A stretch of 51,405 nt of DNA from Myxococcales bacterium (lineage in GTDB: Bacteria; Myxococcota_A; UBA9042): the NCBI GenBank assembly GCA_037441385.1, contig JBBISH010000033.1:1-51405 (forward strand). The letters run 5' to 3'. Made by a program: the position numbers and the translations under genes. Below the pieces are notes generated by a model. It ran no database searches and was not told the DNA's origin. It worked only from the letters and a program-made list of their open reading frames with translations. Numbering within the stretch: the stretch's first letter is position 1; each line of letters starts with the position of its first letter. Shown here one piece after another: positions 28,664 through 38,019 of this stretch.

Positions 28664-31600
28664 CTAGTTCGCGATGTAGACGTTGTCCACGATCAGCTGC
28701 GTACTCAGGGGCAGGCCGCTGCCGGTGGCCAGCAAGCCAATGTACAGCTTGCCGCCGGCCGTGGGCCCCACCACCACCGAGAGGGTCTGCTTGCCGCCGT
28801 TCAGCTGCACGGTTTGGTAGGTGGCCCAGTTGACGCCGTCGACCGAGACCTGCACGGCGATCTGCACGCCCGAACCCGGGAACGGCGGCATGATCGGCGG
28901 TAGGACAAGGTTCAGGTCGGCCGCGACCTTCAGCATCGTGCCCGTGCCCGTGTCCAGCTGCGGCGTGACCAAGCGGGCGTTGTAGGTCACGGTGGGCTGG
29001 CTGCTGATGGGCGAACCGGCGAGCAGCGCGTACTTGTTGCCGGCGGCGTCGGCCCCGAGTGTCCAGGTCGGCGTCCCAAAGCCAAGGGTCTGGCTGCCCC
29101 AGGCGCCCTCGCTCAAGTTCGCCTGATAGCTGTCGAATTTCTCACCAAAGGGCAGGGTCTTGGGGCCCACCGGCGGGGTCTTGTCGCACGCGTCGCCGAT
29201 GCCATTGCCATTGCTGTCCTTTTGATCGGGATTGGCGACCAGCGGGCAGTTGTCCTTCTCGTTGGGGATCCCATCGTTGTCGTTGTCCGGGTCGCAGGCG
29301 TCGTCCAGACCATCGCCATCGCTATCGACCGGCTTGGGGATTTTCAGCTTGACGATCGGGCAGGTGTCGGTGCTATTGGGGAAGCCGTCGCCGTCCATGT
29401 CGCTGTCGCAGGCGTTGACTGTGCCGTCGCCATCCAGGTCAAGCGGCTTGCCGAACGAGCTCCAGACGCTGACGCTGTCGATCCACACCCCCGAGGTGTC
29501 GTTGGCCACGGCGTCGCCACTGTCAAAGCGGACGCGCAGGCGGATGGTCTGGCCGGCGAACTTGCTCAAGTCGGCAAAACCCTGAGCCCAGACGCCTGTT
29601 TGCGTGGTGTCGCCCTTGCTGAAAATGGGCGTCCAGTCGTTGTACAAGCCGGCCGCGGTGCTGAATTCCACCCAGAACTTGTCGTAGCTGGTGCCGGCTT
29701 CGGTGTCGAGCAAGTACCAGAAGGCAAGGGTGATCTGGCCCGAAGGCGCCAGCGGGAAGTTGGGCGAGCGGGCGCTGCCGGTCACGGGGCCCCCGTTGTT
29801 GTAGTTGCCAGTAGCGGGGTTGCCGAACCACAGCGCCCCGGCGCCGGTCTTGGCCTTGCCCTTTTGCCAGGTCTGCCAGCCCACACCGTTTTGCGCGGGG
29901 TCCATGCTCCAGCCGCCGCTGGTGCCGTCGTCGAATTGCCAAGTCGCCACCGCGCCTTCGTCGGTCTGGCCGTTGCAGTTCTCGTCCACGCCGTTGCAGG
30001 GTACGTCGATGGCCGAGGGAATGCTGGGGTCGGTGGGCTTGCAGTCCTGGGCGTTGGCAAAGCCGTCGCCGTCGATGTCGGGGTCGCAGGCGTCGCCGAT
30101 CTGGTCGCCGTCCAGGTCGGCCTGGTCGGCGTTGGGCACCTTGGGGCAGTTGTCCACGTTGTCGCACACGCCGTCGCCGTCCACGTCGCTGAGGCAGCAG
30201 CCGGGGATGGGCTTGGTGATGCACATGCCGCCCGCGCACACGCCGGGGTTGCACTTGTCCGCGGCCTTGCAGTCGGCGTCCGTCATGCACTTGCTGGGCA
30301 CGCACTGGAAGTTGTTGCACTGCAGGCCGGGCGGGCAGCCGGGCTGGCACTGGTTGCCGCAGCCGTCGTCGCCGCACATCTTGCTGGCGCACGAGCCGAC
30401 GCACGGGCACTTGCCGCAGTCCATCGGGCAGTTGCCGCAGGTCTCGCCGCTGTTGGCGGTGCAGATGCCGTCGCCGCACTTGGCCGGGCAGGGCCCACAG
30501 TCCAGCGGGCAGTTGCCGCAGGTCTCGCCGCTTTGCGACTGGCACTGCTTGTCGCCGCACTTGGGCTGGCACTGGCCGCAGTCATTCGTGCAGTTGCTGC
30601 ACGTTTCCGCGCCAGAGCACGAGCCGTCGCCGCACACGGCTGGGCAATCGCCGCAGTCTTGCGGGCACACTTTGCAGCTTTCGCCCGCGCTGGGCTGGCA
30701 AATCGCGTCGCCGCAGGTGGGCGGCGGGGTCACGCAAACGCCCGTGAACGTGCAGGTTTGGCCGGGCAGGCACTTGCTGGGGCACTCCTTGCCGCAACCG
30801 TCGCTGCCGCACTCCTTGTTGCACTTGGGCACGCACGGGCAGGGCCCGCAATCGATCGCGCAGGTGCTGCAGTTTTCGGTCGACGCGCAGACGCCGTCGC
30901 CGCATGGGTTGCACTTGCCACAGTCGACCGGGCAGCTCGAGCAAGTCTCTTGCGCCCCGTTGGCGTCAAACGCGCACACGCCGTCGCCGCAGCTGTTGCA
31001 CTTGCCGCAGTCGCCGGGGCAGTTCTGGCAGGCTTCGCCGTTGCTGGGGCTGCAGATGCCGTCGCCGCACACCAGGCACTTGCCGCAGTCCTGCGGGCAG
31101 GTCTTGCACGACTCGATGCTGCCGTCGGGGCTGGGACCGCACAGGCCGTCGCCGCAGCCAAACGGGCAGGGTCCGCAGTCCTGCGGGCAAGTCGTGCAGG
31201 TCTCTTTTTTGCCGTCCACGGTCGGGCCGCAGATGCCGTCGCCGCAGCCGATCTTGCACGGGCCGCAGTCGAGCGGGCAGGTTTGGCAATTCTCGCCCGG
31301 TGCAAACGGCGTGTCGGGCGCGCAGACCTTGTCGCCGCACACGGGCATGCACGGGCCGCAGTCGTTCGGGCAGCTCGAGCACGACTCGCCCTGCGTGCAC
31401 ATGCCGTCGCCGCACATGACCGGGCACTCTCCGCAATCTTGTGGACATCCCTGGCAATTCTCGCCGCCGTTGCACTGCTGGTCGCCGCACACCGGCACGC
31501 CGGGGCACGGCTGCCCACACTGGGCGCACTCGTTCACGCACAGGTTGTCCCAGGCCGACTGGCAGCAGAACGAATCCTTTTGGCAGACGCAGTCTTGGCA

Positions 31601-33685
31601 CTTGCAGCCCGAGCAAGTCGGCGAGGGGCTGGGCACGCAACCGTTGGAGCAGGCCTGGCAATCCTTGGCGCAGGTGCTGCAGTTTTCGGTCTTGGCGTCG
31701 CAGATTTGGTCGCCGCAATAGGGGCAGTTGCCGCAGTCTTTGGGGCAGTTGCTGCAAGTTTCGCCCGAGCCGCACACGCCGTTGCCACACGCCGGGTTGC
31801 ATTTGCCGCAGTCGACCGCGCAGGTGTTGCAGTCTTCGCCGTTGCCACAAAAGCCGTCGCCGCACTTGGTGCAGAAACCGCAGTCTTGCTGGCAGTTGGC
31901 GCAGTCCTCGCCGGATTCGCAATTGCCATTGCCGCACACCGGCTTGCAGGGTCCGCAGTCGCTGGGGCAGCTGCTGCACGCTTCGCCGGTCTCGCACTTG
32001 CCGTTGCCGCACACGGGACCACAGGCGCCGCAATCCTTGCTGCACGACTGACAGTTTTCCGTGGGCTCGCACACGCCGTTGCCACACTTGCTGGGGCAGG
32101 CGCAGTCCATGGGGCAGTTGAAGCACGACTCGCCGGGCTCGCATACGCCGTTGGCGCACACGGGGCCGCAATTGCCGCAGTCTTTGGGGCAGTTGCTGCA
32201 GCTCTCGCCACCGGCCGCGTTGCACTGGTCATCGCCGCAGACCGCGGTTTGCGGGCAGAAGATCTGATAATCCGGGCAGCAGTCGCCCAGCTTGAGGCAG
32301 GTGACGTCGCACATGCAGCCGTCGGCCTTGCCGCCGCAATTCTGGAAGCAACTTCCTGGCTTGCAGGGGCCACAATCGGTGGGGCACAAACCGCAGGTCT
32401 CGCCGTTCCCCAGGTCGCACTTCTTGTCGCCGCAGACGGGTTTGACGCAGGGACCGCAGTCGAACGCGCAGGTGGTGCAGGTCTCGCCCAGGGCCGCGTC
32501 GCACTTCTTGTCGCCGCAGAACGGTTGGCACGCGCCGCAGTCCAGGCTGCAGGTGCTGCACGACTCGCCGGCAAAGGTGTCGCATTTCTTGTCGCCGCAG
32601 AAGCCTACGCACGGGCCGCAATCCTGACTGCAGGTCTTGCAGTCTTCGCCCGCATCGCTGGAGCACAAGCCGTCGCCGCACTGGTTGGGGCAGGGTCCGC
32701 AGTCGATGCCGCAGTTGTTGCAGTTTTCGCCGACGAACGTCTCACACGCGCCGTCGCCGCAAGTGGGCAGGCAGTCGCCGCAGTCCATCGGGCAGTTCTT
32801 GCAGGTCTCGGGCAGGACGCACTTGCCATCGCCGCAGGCGGGCTTGCAAGGGCCGCAGTCGGCGATGCAGTTGGTGCAGGTCTCGCCCTCGTTGGCCTTG
32901 CAGAAGCCATCGCCGCATTTGGGCGGGCACTTGCCGCAGTCCATCGGACAGTTGGAGCACGACTCGCTGCCGCTGCACTGACCGTCGCCGCACTTGTCCT
33001 GGCACTTGCCGCAGTCGTTCGGGCAGTTCAGGCACGTCTCCGCGCCGTTACACAGACCATCGCCGCAGATTTGGCCGCAAGGGCCGCAGTCGGTCTTGCA
33101 GTTCTGGCAGTTTTCGCCCGCGTCGGTCGAGCATTTGTTGTCGCCGCACACCGGCTTGGGGCACGTGCCGCAGTCGCCCGGACAGCTGGTGCAGGTCTCG
33201 CCGGCGCTGCACAGGCCGTCGCCGCAGCCCTTTTTGCTGCAGTAGCCGCCGACGCACGGGGCGGTATCCGGGCACAGCTCGAAGTCCACCGCACTGCTGC
33301 CATCGGCGCTGCACGTCGCGGCGTAGGGTCCCACGCAGAAGCGCTCGCCAGGGCTACATTTTTGCGGCATGCACCAGTGGGTGGCCTGGTTGCACTTCTC
33401 GCCCTTGGCGCAGTCCGTGTCGACTTTGCAGGGCGTGGGCGGCTGCTGCGTGTCGGGCGTGTCGGCGATCGGGACATCGCCCGCAGTATCGGGAACGACT
33501 TGGGTATCCCCGCCAATCGTCTCGGACCCCAGCCCAAGGCCATCGCCCTGGCTGTCCGCGCCACCGGCGTTCTTGTAGCCCACCACGGCCTGCTGATCTG
33601 TAGAGCAGGCGGTGAACGCCCCCACCAGGACCGTCCAAGCCAGCAATTGGATCCCGACCAACCCTTTGGCGGTGCAGCGACGCAT
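28664..33685 (-). CDS. Giant Cys-rich mosaic lipoprotein (CGDGxC..ExCxxCPxDCGxC repeats, somatomedin B-like module, thrombospondin type 3 repeats, jelly-roll-like domains)
   Basis: Lipobox AFTAC and about 31 CG[DN] repeats counted by eye. TSP3-type repeats DGDGVCDNVDNCPKVPNADQADLDGDQIGDACD and a CNGVDENCNGQTDEG motif are present. ATG at 33685. Confidence 0.88.
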   Translation of the reverse strand: MRRCTAKGLVGIQLLAWTVLVGAFTACSTDQQAVVGYKNAGGADSQGDGLGLGSETIGGDTQVVPDTAGDVPIADTPDTQQPPTPCKVDTDCAKGEKCNQATHWCMPQKCSPGERFCVGPYAATCSADGSSAVDFELCPDTAPCVGGYCSKKGCGDGLCSAGETCTSCPGDCGTCPKPVCGDNKCSTDAGENCQNCKTDCGPCGQICGDGLCNGAETCLNCPNDCGKCQDKCGDGQCSGSESCSNCPMDCGKCPPKCGDGFCKANEGETCTNCIADCGPCKPACGDGKCVLPETCKNCPMDCGDCLPTCGDGACETFVGENCNNCGIDCGPCPNQCGDGLCSSDAGEDCKTCSQDCGPCVGFCGDKKCDTFAGESCSTCSLDCGACQPFCGDKKCDAALGETCTTCAFDCGPCVKPVCGDKKCDLGNGETCGLCPTDCGPCKPGSCFQNCGGKADGCMCDVTCLKLGDCCPDYQIFCPQTAVCGDDQCNAAGGESCSNCPKDCGNCGPVCANGVCEPGESCFNCPMDCACPSKCGNGVCEPTENCQSCSKDCGACGPVCGNGKCETGEACSSCPSDCGPCKPVCGNGNCESGEDCANCQQDCGFCTKCGDGFCGNGEDCNTCAVDCGKCNPACGNGVCGSGETCSNCPKDCGNCPYCGDQICDAKTENCSTCAKDCQACSNGCVPSPSPTCSGCKCQDCVCQKDSFCCQSAWDNLCVNECAQCGQPCPGVPVCGDQQCNGGENCQGCPQDCGECPVMCGDGMCTQGESCSSCPNDCGPCMPVCGDKVCAPDTPFAPGENCQTCPLDCGPCKIGCGDGICGPTVDGKKETCTTCPQDCGPCPFGCGDGLCGPSPDGSIESCKTCPQDCGKCLVCGDGICSPSNGEACQNCPGDCGKCNSCGDGVCAFDANGAQETCSSCPVDCGKCNPCGDGVCASTENCSTCAIDCGPCPCVPKCNKECGSDGCGKECPSKCLPGQTCTFTGVCVTPPPTCGDAICQPSAGESCKVCPQDCGDCPAVCGDGSCSGAETCSNCTNDCGQCQPKCGDKQCQSQSGETCGNCPLDCGPCPAKCGDGICTANSGETCGNCPMDCGKCPCVGSCASKMCGDDGCGNQCQPGCPPGLQCNNFQCVPSKCMTDADCKAADKCNPGVCAGGMCITKPIPGCCLSDVDGDGVCDNVDNCPKVPNADQADLDGDQIGDACDPDIDGDGFANAQDCKPTDPSIPSAIDVPCNGVDENCNGQTDEGAVATWQFDDGTSGGWSMDPAQNGVGWQTWQKGKAKTGAGALWFGNPATGNYNNGGPVTGSARSPNFPLAPSGQITLAFWYLLDTEAGTSYDKFWVEFSTAAGLYNDWTPIFSKGDTTQTGVWAQGFADLSKFAGQTIRLRVRFDSGDAVANDTSGVWIDSVSVWSSFGKPLDLDGDGTVNACDSDMDGDGFPNSTDTCPIVKLKIPKPVDSDGDGLDDACDPDNDNDGIPNEKDNCPLVANPDQKDSNGNGIGDACDKTPPVGPKTLPFGEKFDSYQANLSEGAWGSQTLGFGTPTWTLGADAAGNKYALLAGSPISSQPTVTYNARLVTPQLDTGTGTMLKVAADLNLVLPPIMPPFPGSGVQIAVQVSVDGVNWATYQTVQLNGGKQTLSVVVGPTAGGKLYIGLLATGSGLPLSTQLIVDNVYIAN

Positions 33686-33836
33686 GGGAACCTCGATCGT
33701 CAGGGAGACCTGCGCGATCGCCAAGTGTAGCAGATAGCCACACCCGGTCGCCACAACCGCAAACGCGTGTCAAGAAAATCGCTGAATTAGGAATTCGGCT
33801 GCTACAGAGCAGGGTTCCAATCGGTTCCGCCCAGGA

Positions 33837-35948
33837 CTAGAGGCCGATGTCCGCCGCGTAGTTGACCTGGATGTTGTCGCCCTGCTTGGGCGTGATCGGG
33901 AAGTAGATGGCCTCGCTGTAGACCTTGCAGATGTGGTCGATGCAGTCCAGGCCAACGGGGCAATCGCGCGTCTTTTCACACTTGTCGCCTTGCTGGGCTG
34001 CCACGTTCGGGTCGGCGGTCAGGCAGTCGGCGGTCGACTTGAGGTAGAACGTATTGTCCTTCTGCGCTTCGGGCGAGTCGAGGTTCGCGACCCACTTCAG
34101 CGTCTCAGGTGCCCCGTTGCCGCGGACGCGCGACACCTTGAGCAGGGGCTCGCCCGTATCGGGGTCGCGGGCCGGCGCGTGCGGCAGGCAAATCTTGACG
34201 ACGCGCGTCAGAATCGTGTTGGCAATCTGGTCCAGCGCGGCGCTGAAGTCGGCACCTTCGCAGATGTTGGCCACCAAGCCATTGTCGCCAAACGCCTTGG
34301 CCACCTGGATGTAGCGCGATCCGTAGCCCGACTCGCCACGGCCACCGTTGCAGATGTAGGGCGCCTGCAAGCTGGCCTGGTTGCGTAGGAACGACCGATA
34401 ATACGACGAGCGGTCGGCGGCGAGCTGATCGCCCAGCGAGCGGCCATTCAAGCCGGCCTTGCTGATGGAATCGCCCGTAATCGCTGCAAAAATCACGCGC
34501 GCCGGGTCCGACTTGAGCGAACGGAAACGGTCGACAAAATCCGTGACCGAGGCGAAGCGCTTGTTCTGCATGAAGCCGCTGGCGTTGTCCTTGACGATCT
34601 GCGCCACGTTGGCATCGGCCTCGGTCGTGCAGGCGGTCTTGTCGGCGCCTGTCAGGGTGTGGCAGTCGCTGGGGCACTTGCGCGGCGGCTTGCCGGCCTG
34701 CTTGTCCTTGAACTTCAGGTACTCGCAGTAGCCGTTGGCCAAGTCGTGATTGCCCGCGGTGCGGTCGCCGTACTCTTGGCAGTAGGTCTGGAGCTCAGAT
34801 GGGAACAGCTGCTCCATGGCACCCTTGGCCGATGCCGCCGTACCGTCGCCAATGTACTGGTCCAGGTCAAAGGCATACGAGCAATCGTCGTCGTCGGACA
34901 CGGCCACCAGCACCAAGTACGCGTCGGGACGAACCAGGTCGTCGTACTGGCACGAACTGATCTTCTTGCCGTTCTTGTCGCGCGGGCAGTTGATGCCGTT
35001 GGGGTCCAAGGCCTGCCACAACGAGCGGAGACCGCCTTCGAACTTGGCTTCTTTGGTCTGGATGGCGCCCACGTTGGCGACGCAGTGGAACCAGTCCAAT
35101 TGCGTGCCGATCTTCTTGCCTTTGCTGTCTTTGATGTCCGCGCTCTGCTTGAGCACGCCGGGCAGCTGTTCCGGACCCGGGCAACCCGTGGTGTCGGGCG
35201 GGAACATGCAACCTGGCGTGGTGGTGGCCTTGTTGCACTTGATGCGGTGCTGGCCGTCTGGCACGTCCTTTTCGTACATCGCGTAGCAGTCGGCGTCGGT
35301 GTTGCAGCGGAACTGACAGGTGGTGTTGATCGAGCAGTTGTCGTTGTTGTTGAACTGCGGATTTTCCGTGTTGGCCTTGCAGGCGTACGAGCCGTTGCTG
35401 AGCGGGTCCGCCGTGACCTGCCCATCGGCCGTGCACATCGCCGAATTGGGGTCATAATTGTAGAACTTGAACGGCACCGGCTTGGTGCAGTCGGCGTCCT
35501 TCATGCAGGGTTGCTTGACGCGCTCGATGCACGCTGGCGGATAATCGGTGGCCGGCTTGTGCACGAACTGACCGATCTTCTTGATCTCGGTCGTGTCCGG
35601 CAGCTGCTGCACCGTGACCACCGCCATCTGCGCGTCGATGAACGACGGATCGTTGGGGTTGGTCTTACCGTAGTTCTGCAAGGTCTGGATGAACTTGCTG
35701 AAACCTTGCGACAATTGCCGCTGTTCCTGGCACATCGACGACGAGTGGTCGATCATCCACAAGAAGTCGATTTTCACGGCCTTGTCGCGGGCCAGCTGGC
35801 GGGTGACGCGCACCTCGAAGCTGTCGAGCAAGCTGTGCACCGGATAATCGTTGCAGCCGGCGACCAGGCCTGTGCCGGCGACCAGCAAGGCAAGTTGCGT
35901 GGTTGCGACCAGGCGAGCAGGAATCGAGAAGCGGAAGCGGTGGGCCAT
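33837..35948 (-). CDS. Myxobacterial vWA-domain lipoprotein (CglB-like)
   Basis: Lipobox LVAGC; MIDAS-like IDFLWMIDHSSSMCQEQ; EGGL; RPDAYLVLVAVSDDDDCS; Cys-rich inserts. Confidence 0.75.
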   Translation of the reverse strand: MAHRFRFSIPARLVATTQLALLVAGTGLVAGCNDYPVHSLLDSFEVRVTRQLARDKAVKIDFLWMIDHSSSMCQEQRQLSQGFSKFIQTLQNYGKTNPNDPSFIDAQMAVVTVQQLPDTTEIKKIGQFVHKPATDYPPACIERVKQPCMKDADCTKPVPFKFYNYDPNSAMCTADGQVTADPLSNGSYACKANTENPQFNNNDNCSINTTCQFRCNTDADCYAMYEKDVPDGQHRIKCNKATTTPGCMFPPDTTGCPGPEQLPGVLKQSADIKDSKGKKIGTQLDWFHCVANVGAIQTKEAKFEGGLRSLWQALDPNGINCPRDKNGKKISSCQYDDLVRPDAYLVLVAVSDDDDCSYAFDLDQYIGDGTAASAKGAMEQLFPSELQTYCQEYGDRTAGNHDLANGYCEYLKFKDKQAGKPPRKCPSDCHTLTGADKTACTTEADANVAQIVKDNASGFMQNKRFASVTDFVDRFRSLKSDPARVIFAAITGDSISKAGLNGRSLGDQLAADRSSYYRSFLRNQASLQAPYICNGGRGESGYGSRYIQVAKAFGDNGLVANICEGADFSAALDQIANTILTRVVKICLPHAPARDPDTGEPLLKVSRVRGNGAPETLKWVANLDSPEAQKDNTFYLKSTADCLTADPNVAAQQGDKCEKTRDCPVGLDCIDHICKVYSEAIYFPITPKQGDNIQVNYAADIGL

Positions 35949-36051
35949 GGGATGCGGGTATTCCTTACCAAGTCCTGATCCAACAACATACCACAGGTTG
36001 CCGGCCCGAGGGAAGTTCGCGGTTCGCGATGCCGCTGGGGGCGCTGCTGGG

Positions 36052-36075
36052 AGTGTCAGGTATTGACACTTGACA
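36052..36075. promoter_or_regulatory. Palindromic candidate operator AGTGTCA-N5-TGACACT overlapping tandem TTGACA hexamers in a divergent intergenic region
   Basis: Perfect 7-bp inverted repeat at 36052-36070; TTGACA at 36063-36068 and 36070-36075. Confidence 0.4.
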
Positions 36076-36089
36076 TCTTCTCTTTGAGC

Positions 36090-36165
36090 GGGGCTCTGGT
36101 CCGGGTTCCGATTCCGGATCAGGTGCCGGTTCCGCTACCGGCTCGGGCACGGGTTCCGGTCCCGG
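36090..36165. repeat. Degenerate 6-bp-period tandem repeat (CCGGTT/CCGGNN-like)
   Basis: ggtccgggttccgattccggatcaggtgccggttccgctaccggctcgggcacgggttccggtcccgg; it reads PEPVPEPVAEPAPDPESEPGPEP on the minus strand. Confidence 0.55.
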
Positions 36166-36309
36166 AAAGACGGTTTGGGCGCCCTGCCCGCACCCCCGGA
36201 TCGTTGAGTTTACATAATACCTATTATCAGACGTCACTAGTCGGTTTGAGCGGAACCGTCCAGGCCACCCTATTTTCGCCGCCGATGCGGCGCCGTACAC
36301 TACCGCGCC

Positions 36310-38001
36310 ATGCGTATCCGCCTTGCCCAGTTCGACAGCCTCATCGCCGACATCCCCGGCAACCTGGCCCGCATCACCGCCGCCTGCGAGCGCGCCCGCC
36401 AAGCCGGCGACCAGGTCGTCGTCACGCCCGAGCTGGCGCTCCACGGCTACCCACCGCTGGACCTGCTGGACCGCGACGACTTCTTGGCCGCGACCCAAGC
36501 CTGCCTGCCACAGCTTTGCGCCGCGTCGCAAGGCCTGGTGCTGGTCGTGGGCGCGGCGGCGCCGGTGGCGATGGTCGGCCTGCAGCGCGACCGCCACAAA
36601 GCCGCCAACGTAGCGCTGGTCTTGGACCATGGCCACCACGTGGCGACCGTGGCCAAGCGACTGCTGCCGACCTACGACGTCTTTGACGAAGCGCGCTGGT
36701 TCGCCGCCGGCAACGAGCCTGGGCTGGTCGAGGTCGAGCTGGACGGCCGCCGCGTCAAGCTGGGCGTGACCGTGTGCGAGGACCTGTGGTCGCGCGAGGA
36801 CGACGGCCCGCCGCGCTATGCCTGCGACCCAGTGGCCGATCTGGCCGGGCTGGGTGCCCAGGTCCTGATCAACCTGTCGGCCTCGCCGTTCGACCTGGGC
36901 AAGCCGGCCCGGCGTCTAGAGCTGGTGCGCGGCCTGGCCCGCGAGCACGCCATGCCGGCCGTGTACTGCAACACCGTGGGCGCCCAGGACCAGCTCATCT
37001 TCGACGGCCGCAGCTTTGCCGTGGACGCCCAGGGACAACTGCTCGCGGTGGGGCCGGCGCTGCAAGACGCTGACATTCAAGTCGATCTGGACGCTCCGGC
37101 CGGCCAATTTGACGAGGGCGCGCTGTTCTCGCCGCCGCGGCCGCTGCAGGCCCGCAGTGCGTTAGTGCGCGGCGTTGCCGACTACGTGCGCAAGTGCGGA
37201 TTCAAAGACGTGCTTTTGGGCCTGTCGGGTGGCATCGACTCGGCCGTGGTGGCGGCGCTGGCGGTGGAGGCGTTGGGGCCCGAGCACGTGCTGGGTGTGG
37301 CGATGCCCGGGCCGTGCAGCAGCCAAGGCAGCGTGGACGATGCCCTGGAACTGGCCAAGAACCTTGGGATTCGCTGTCCGATCCTACCCATTATCGGACC
37401 TTATCAGGCCCTGACCGCCGCCCTGGAGCCCGAGCTGGCGCGCACGCCTTCGCACGCCTACGACATCACCGACCAGAACCTACAAGCGCGGCTGCGCGGC
37501 ACGACCTTGATGGCGCTGTCGAATCGCACCGGCGCGTTGCTGCTGACCACTGGCAACAAAAGCGAAATGGCGGTGGGCTATTGCACGCTCTACGGCGACA
37601 TGAACGGCGGCTTGGCAGTCATTGGCGACCTACCCAAAATGCTCGTGTATGCCGTGGCTGAGAGCTACAACAGCGAAGTAGCCGATCAAGGTCGTGTCGT
37701 TATCCCACTGTCGACGATGACAAAAGCGCCGTCGGCCGAGCTCGCACCGAATCAGACCGACCAGGACAACCTGCCGCCCTACCCGCTTCTGGATGCGATT
37801 TTGGAGCGGTTCGTCGAACTGGGCGAGTCGGCTGCGCAAATTGTCGACGCCGGCTTTGACGCCGCCACCGTCAAAAAGGTGGTTCGCCTTGTAGAAGTTG
37901 CTGAATTCAAAAGACGTCAAGCAGCGCCTGTGCTGCGCGTCACCCGCAAAGCCTTTGGACCCGGCCGGCGCATCCCGCTGGCGCGCGCCATCCCGCGCTA
38001 A
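36310..38001 (+). CDS. nadE: Glutamine-dependent NAD+ synthetase
   Basis: Nitrilase domain triad TPEL / AKRLLP / VCED. Synthetase motifs GLSGGIDS, NLQARLRG, TTGNKSE, GYCTLYGD, APSAEL and EFKRRQ. Confidence 0.96.
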   Translation: MRIRLAQFDSLIADIPGNLARITAACERARQAGDQVVVTPELALHGYPPLDLLDRDDFLAATQACLPQLCAASQGLVLVVGAAAPVAMVGLQRDRHKAANVALVLDHGHHVATVAKRLLPTYDVFDEARWFAAGNEPGLVEVELDGRRVKLGVTVCEDLWSREDDGPPRYACDPVADLAGLGAQVLINLSASPFDLGKPARRLELVRGLAREHAMPAVYCNTVGAQDQLIFDGRSFAVDAQGQLLAVGPALQDADIQVDLDAPAGQFDEGALFSPPRPLQARSALVRGVADYVRKCGFKDVLLGLSGGIDSAVVAALAVEALGPEHVLGVAMPGPCSSQGSVDDALELAKNLGIRCPILPIIGPYQALTAALEPELARTPSHAYDITDQNLQARLRGTTLMALSNRTGALLLTTGNKSEMAVGYCTLYGDMNGGLAVIGDLPKMLVYAVAESYNSEVADQGRVVIPLSTMTKAPSAELAPNQTDQDNLPPYPLLDAILERFVELGESAAQIVDAGFDAATVKKVVRLVEVAEFKRRQAAPVLRVTRKAFGPGRRIPLARAIPR

Positions 38002-38019
38002 TTTCACCCAGGAACCATC

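Noticed and set aside
29222..33730. 1502-aa plus-strand Ala/Val-rich ORF
   Set aside because: Antisense shadow of the 1.7-kaa Cys-rich lipoprotein.
35965..36639. Minus-strand ORF with a PEPVPEP tract
   Set aside because: It overlaps nadE antisense. The Pro-Glu tract is just the intergenic hexamer repeat read in one frame.
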